Source of the DNA: Octopus bimaculoides
Lineage: Eukaryota
Direction: 5' to 3'
DNA: 38,665 bases
Assembly (NCBI RefSeq): GCF_001194135.2
Contig: NC_068986.1
Span: 2,318,644-2,357,308, forward strand
The notes under the pieces were generated by a model, which saw only the letters and a list, made by a program, of their open reading frames with translations, was not told the DNA's origin and made no database searches. The translations under genes and the position numbers were made by a program. Of the stretch, positions 33,607 through 38,665 are shown one piece after another; the first letter of the stretch is position 1, and the number at the start of each line of letters is the position of its first letter.

Positions 33607-34720
33607 CAGGGTGCCCTAAATGAATGTATATACACACACTGATTATTATAAGGTCAGTGTTTATTTGAATACATTTCATTTACAAAATTTGACAGAATCT
33701 ACAGACAGTTTATTTTTTGTAATAATAACCTGTTTTCAAATTCATTAGCGTCCTGGCCCCAAAAATGCATATTACGCGAAGTAAATGGAATTGCAAACAC
33801 TAAGAAATACTCCGTTGTTTTTGTATGCATTCTCGTTTAATGGCTGCTTTCACTACGTCGACTCTTGTCCGTTTTGTAGCGTTAACTGTGTATTCTAGGT
33901 ATCTCCATTAAGAATCCAGAGGAGTGAGGTCCATAGGGTATTCTACTGGACCTCTTCGTCCAATCGACCTGGTTGGGCAAGTATCAGCAAACGAGGTCTT
34001 TACATTAATATGATAGTGCAAGTGTACCTCATCTTGCTGGAAATAAAACTCCACATTTTCAATGCATTTTGAATGCTTGACATAAATGATTGTCGCGGCA
34101 AATTCAAGTGATTAGGACCAGTCACAGAACCGTCAAAAAAGAATGGTCCATTTAATACTTTTGATAAGTTACACCTTACTGTAACTCCTAGTAAGTTTAC
34201 CTGATGTTACTCTGTAATATGCGGGGTCCCGAGTAAGTACAGTTGTAGTGGTTAAATGAGTCATTTAATTTAGATGTAGTCTCACCGCTCCAAGCAATCG
34301 TTGTTAGAAAGGAAACATTTTCTACGTCTTGCCAAGTACCACTCGCAAAACTCCACACTTCAATCTGGATCATCTGCACCGAAAGCATGAGAACACAGAA
34401 CATTCTTGGAATGTAATTTTTCGAATAACAGCGCTTCAAGTTGCGATGAACGCTTGATTTTGAAAGTTCAATCTCACAACTCCCTAAACACCCACAGATT
34501 TCTTTATAATTCTGTCAATACGTTTCTAGTACCCTTTTTTGTTTTGTGGGACTTGATGATGTCTGCAATCTCCCGAAACGTTTCCTGTAGACATTCAGAA
34601 CAGGTCCATCTGCTTCAAACTTATCTCTAATTCGAGTGATGACAAGTAACATAGGCGAATCTGTTACAAACTCTTTCTCTCCTAAACTGTCTTTGCGCTT
34701 CGACTGCGTTTTCACCCTTC
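33607..34720 (-). mobile_element. Decayed Tc1/mariner-superfamily transposon with HTH and DDE/D remnants
   Basis: ITRIRDKFEADG.V (HTH), IAWSGETTSKLN..FNHYNC.Y, GPFFFDGSVTG, FQQD, IGRRGPVE...DLTPLD; terminus TA-CAGGGTG at 33605-33613. Confidence 0.8.
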
Positions 34721-35551
34721 CGGTAGCAATTCAAGAAAATTTCCTTTGACGAGAACTAAGTCTGGCTCCCCTCATTATTTCTGCTGATTAGAATGACCAA
34801 TCACTTCTCTGGGAAAGCCTTGAAATCAATGTTACCATCTGGGGACTATCTCTGACCCAGTGGTAATAAAAAGACTCAAAGGAGGTCTGCAACCAAATAA
34901 CTTTACTCAAAATAACACTTTGCAACTGAATCAGTGGAGGCAAAAATGCCTCTCCTTTACTTGACAATTTATGCACCACATTGCAGAGATCACAATCTAA
35001 GTATATCTTAAAGCAAGCTCTTACACTGTTGTACCATTGAATTACAAATAAAGCTAATCTTGTATCCTCGGGTGACTCTACAGCTTCCAAGGTTACAGTT
35101 GTATTCGTCTTGGCTTAGGAAAATGATTAAAAATTCTAAATTGTGGGAGTTAAGCCCCCATTAAGGGCTTTTACTAACTTCTAAGAAGTTGGAATTTTGA
35201 GAATATTACTTCATTTGTGTCTAATATCAAATCAAATCAAATCAAGTTTATTGGCAGAAGAGCACAATGTGCTTAAGCCGTGTAAAAAATATTTATGATT
35301 AAAATTTCATCAACAGCAAAAATATATAAATTTTCATGGGGGTTACGGCCTCATTTCTGTCCCCTCACTTGCAAACATATACTGCATTACATCTGTCCTT
35401 ATGCATAGAATATAATTTCCAAATTTCATAGATCCATTCGGTAATTTTGATCCATGAAAAAAGAGAAGAGGGTTATTAATAAAATAAAATTGAAATTAAA
35501 ATTAAGAATAACATTCATAGTTTACTGTTATTTCTTGCATGCGCACGTGGT

Positions 35552-35678
35552 CCTTTCGTTCTGGAGGCATGGTAAGTTCAACTCGCTGTGATAGTAAATT
35601 ACTACTGGTAGTAATTTTCTATCGCACGTAATTTACTATCGCAGCGAGTTGAACTTACCATGCCTTCAGAACGAAAGG
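35552..35678. repeat. 51-bp inverted repeat with 25-nt spacer
   Basis: Arms 35552-35602 and 35628-35678 are complementary at 49/51 positions. Confidence 0.95.
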
Positions 35679-36106
35679 NNNNNNNNNNNNNNNNNNNNNN
35701 NNNNNNNNNNNNNNNNNNNNNNNNNNNNNNNNNNNNNNNNNNNNNNNNNNNNNNNNNNNNNNNNNNNNNNNNNNNNNNNNNNNNNNNNNNNNNNNNNNNN
35801 NNNNNNNNNNNNNNNNNNNNNNNNNNNNNNNNNNNNNNNNNNNNNNNNNNNNNNNNNNNNNNNNNNNNNNNNNNNNNNNNNNNNNNNNNNNNNNNNNNNN
35901 NNNNNNNNNNNNNNNNNNNNNNNNNNNNNNNNNNNNNNNNNNNNNNNNNNNNNNNNNNNNNNNNNNNNNNNNNNNNNNNNNNNNNNNNNNNNNNNNNNNN
36001 NNNNNNNNNNNNNNNNNNNNNNNNNNNNNNNNNNNNNNNNNNNNNNNNNNNNNNNNNNNNNNNNNNNNNNNNNNNNNNNNNNNNNNNNNNNNNNNNNNNN
36101 NNNNNN
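35679..36106. other. Assembly gap
   Basis: N run. Confidence 1.
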
Positions 36107-36319
36107 TATATATATATATATATTTCGGTTCGAATGGATTTTTATACGGCGCCGAGTTTACAACCATGTAAATAATAATGCATTTTTATATAAGCTTAAA
36201 GCTTATGGCAATCACCGTGCAATGACTAAGGAAAATAGTCTAATAAAGGGACATCTAAACCCTCGACGGAGAAAAGAAGACTTTCGTATCTCCGGTTCTA
36301 TAATTCTATTTTTATTTTT

Positions 36320-36507
36320 TGCTTGTTTTAGTTATGAGATTGCAGTCAAGCTGAGGCACCGCCTTGAATAATTTTTAGTCGAATGAATTGACCCCCAGCG
36401 CTAAATTTTTGTATAAGACTGGTACTTTTTTATAGAGTTCTTTAGCTGAACTGTTAATTTACGCAGACATAAACACACCAACACTGGTCATCAAGCGGCG
36501 GAGGGGG
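36320..36507 (-). mobile_element. 3' half of the family C/D SINE (diverged)
   Basis: gcttgttttag..tgcagtcaagctgaggcaccgcc..tagtcgaa..gacccc..taaacacaccaacac..tcaagcg is the reverse complement of 38035-38189. Confidence 0.75.
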
Positions 36508-37538
36508 ATCTATTCGATTTGACGGACAGATTTAACTTTTTATTTTTTTAACTAAACTCTTTGAAATTTTGGATACTGGTAGAATGTGTCACATAGAACG
36601 GGGTTTACTCGTAACGTTTTTGACATAAATTTGTATTTTAAAAGTTATTTCGTGTTAAAGTTGTCGTATTTGGGTAATTTTAACCAATCAATGACGTGTA
36701 TTTAGCTGAAGAAAATTACTGCTGCTGTTTGCGAACAACAACTTCCGGGTCCGTTGACAAAATGATGAGCATTCGACAACAGAAAATTTTAAACTGAAAA
36801 TCTCCCCTAACAAAACCATTTTGATACATATATGTGTAAAAAAATCACATCACGCAATCAAACCAATGAAAGAGCCTCTACCTGGTCGCTCGACACACTA
36901 CAAATAGCAGCCAAAGTATCCCCCTACTTAAATCACACGCCCATTGTATATAATGTATTATAGAGAGGGAGAGAGATAAACAGAAAAGAGATAGTATTGA
37001 TAGAAGAGTGCGCATCGTAGTTATTAAGACAAAACTTACTCGGAAAAGGATGCGTGGCGTTCGATCATATAATAATATAAATAATATATAAATATACATA
37101 TATGTACATACATATATGTACATACCTACATACATATGTATATATACATGCATATATGGGTATAGGACATCCCTCTCTTGTTCTTCATCCTTTTTGTTTT
37201 TCTCTCCCACACTTTCCCTATTCTTCTCCTCTCCCCTTCACCGTTCCCTCTCTCTCTCTCACTCTTCCTCCTTGACTCTCTCGTCACTGACAAGTCACGA
37301 AAGGGGATCTCTCTTTCTGTCCACTTCCTAAAGAAAAGACGTGCTTTTTCCTATCTCCTATCATGGCTCGTCTACCTACCGTTCATAATGATTTTTCTAT
37401 CGTCTTGGCTCAACAGCCCTCACCATTTGTTTTTACTGTCTTGCTCTCACTGTCCTGTTCTTGTTAACACTTTCACCCTCCGCAAAAAATCCCAAATTTT
37501 ATTTTATTTACTTTGCGGGTAGGACTGTTTCAACGAAG

Positions 37539-37602
37539 TCGCGTATTGTCCTTACCTTCGAAACGCGGAGTAGATGAAACAGGGACAACTGAAGAAGGGG
37601 TA
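37539..37602 (+). ncRNA. Candidate non-circularly permuted hammerhead ribozyme
   Basis: All core nucleotides present (CUGAAGA 37589-95, GAAA 37560-63, GUA 37543-45). Stem III: CGCGT/ACGCG. Stem I: TTGTCC/GGACAA, extendable. Stem II: TACCTT/GGGGTA with G-U pairs. Confidence 0.6.
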
Positions 37603-37634
37603 TATTCTTTATGTTGCATGTCTCGTTTCTCTGT

Positions 37635-38034
37635 NNNNNNNNNNNNNNNNNNNNNNNNNNNNNNNNNNNNNNNNNNNNNNNNNNNNNNNNNNNNNNNNNN
37701 NNNNNNNNNNNNNNNNNNNNNNNNNNNNNNNNNNNNNNNNNNNNNNNNNNNNNNNNNNNNNNNNNNNNNNNNNNNNNNNNNNNNNNNNNNNNNNNNNNNN
37801 NNNNNNNNNNNNNNNNNNNNNNNNNNNNNNNNNNNNNNNNNNNNNNNNNNNNNNNNNNNNNNNNNNNNNNNNNNNNNNNNNNNNNNNNNNNNNNNNNNNN
37901 NNNNNNNNNNNNNNNNNNNNNNNNNNNNNNNNNNNNNNNNNNNNNNNNNNNNNNNNNNNNNNNNNNNNNNNNNNNNNNNNNNNNNNNNNNNNNNNNNNNN
38001 NNNNNNNNNNNNNNNNNNNNNNNNNNNNNNNNNN
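37635..38034. other. Assembly gap
   Basis: N run. Confidence 1.
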
Positions 38035-38189
38035 CTGGTGTGTTTACGTCCCCGTAACTTTGCGGTTCGGCAAAAGTGACCGATAGAATAAGTACTAAGC
38101 TTACAAAGAATAAGTCCTGGGATTGATTTGTTCGACTAAAGGTGGTGCTCCAGTATGGCCGCAGTCAAATGACCGAAACGAGTAAAAAA
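38035..38189 (+). mobile_element. 3' half of the family C/D SINE (young-looking copy, 5' part in gap)
   Basis: ctggtgtgtttacgtccccgtaactttgcggttcggcaaaagtgaccgatagaataagtact...ggtgctccagtatggccgcagtcaaatgaccgaaacgagtaaaa. Confidence 0.85.
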
Positions 38190-38218
38190 TATAAAAAACT
38201 ATAAGAATATGTGTGTAT

Positions 38219-38280
<62 letters not shown>

Positions 38281-38297
38281 CGATAGATAGATAGATC

Positions 38298-38371
<74 letters not shown>

Positions 38372-38372
38372 C
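38219..38372. repeat. (GATA)n microsatellite
   Basis: Seen directly in the sequence. Confidence 0.95.
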
Positions 38373-38519
38373 ATATACCTATAGCAACCAGATATTCAGC
38401 AAACTTTATGTCTAAACAATATCATAGACGGAATGGTCGTGGCTTGAATGTCGTTGGTCATCAAAACTGGTTAAGACTAAAAAGTTACCTCTAAACCGTC
38501 ACCAACGCCGGCGTTGCCG

Positions 38520-38620
38520 TTGTCGTCGTCATCATCCTCATCAGTATCATCGTCATCATCATCATCATCGTTTTCATTATCGTCATCAAACGATAAGGTG
38601 AAATGCTGATATATTTTAAT

Positions 38621-38665
<45 letters not shown>
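38520..38665. repeat. (TCA/TCG)n degenerate and (CT)n microsatellites
   Basis: Seen directly in the sequence. Confidence 0.85.

Noticed and set aside
34788-35090. 100-aa ORF with ordinary amino-acid composition
   Set aside because: No recognisable domain, non-ATG start context and no convincing splice sites.

Overview
AT-rich, repeat-dominated eukaryotic (animal) genomic DNA with four assembly gaps. I could not support any intact host protein-coding gene; most ORFs in the track are microsatellite translations or transposon remnants. The repeat families look like those of an octopus / coleoid cephalopod. This is inference from recalled repeat sequences, not a database check. The window holds many tRNA-type SINE copies, decayed R4/Dong-like (RLE) and L1/Tx1-like non-LTR retrotransposon fragments, three Tc1/mariner remnants, a hAT-type MITE, a Helitron RepHel N-terminal remnant with 23-aa repeats, Penelope-like pieces carrying hammerhead ribozyme motifs, and dense microsatellites. 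The most notable observations are: (1) a complete hammerhead catalytic core at 37539-37602 whose three strands are in a non-circularly permuted order; (2) a type I hammerhead with a long stem II insert at 20795-20933; (3) an isolated 45-bp histone H4 coding fragment at 31786-31830; (4) a 51-bp inverted repeat abutting a gap. Boundaries of decayed elements are approximate. All family assignments come from motif recognition by eye.
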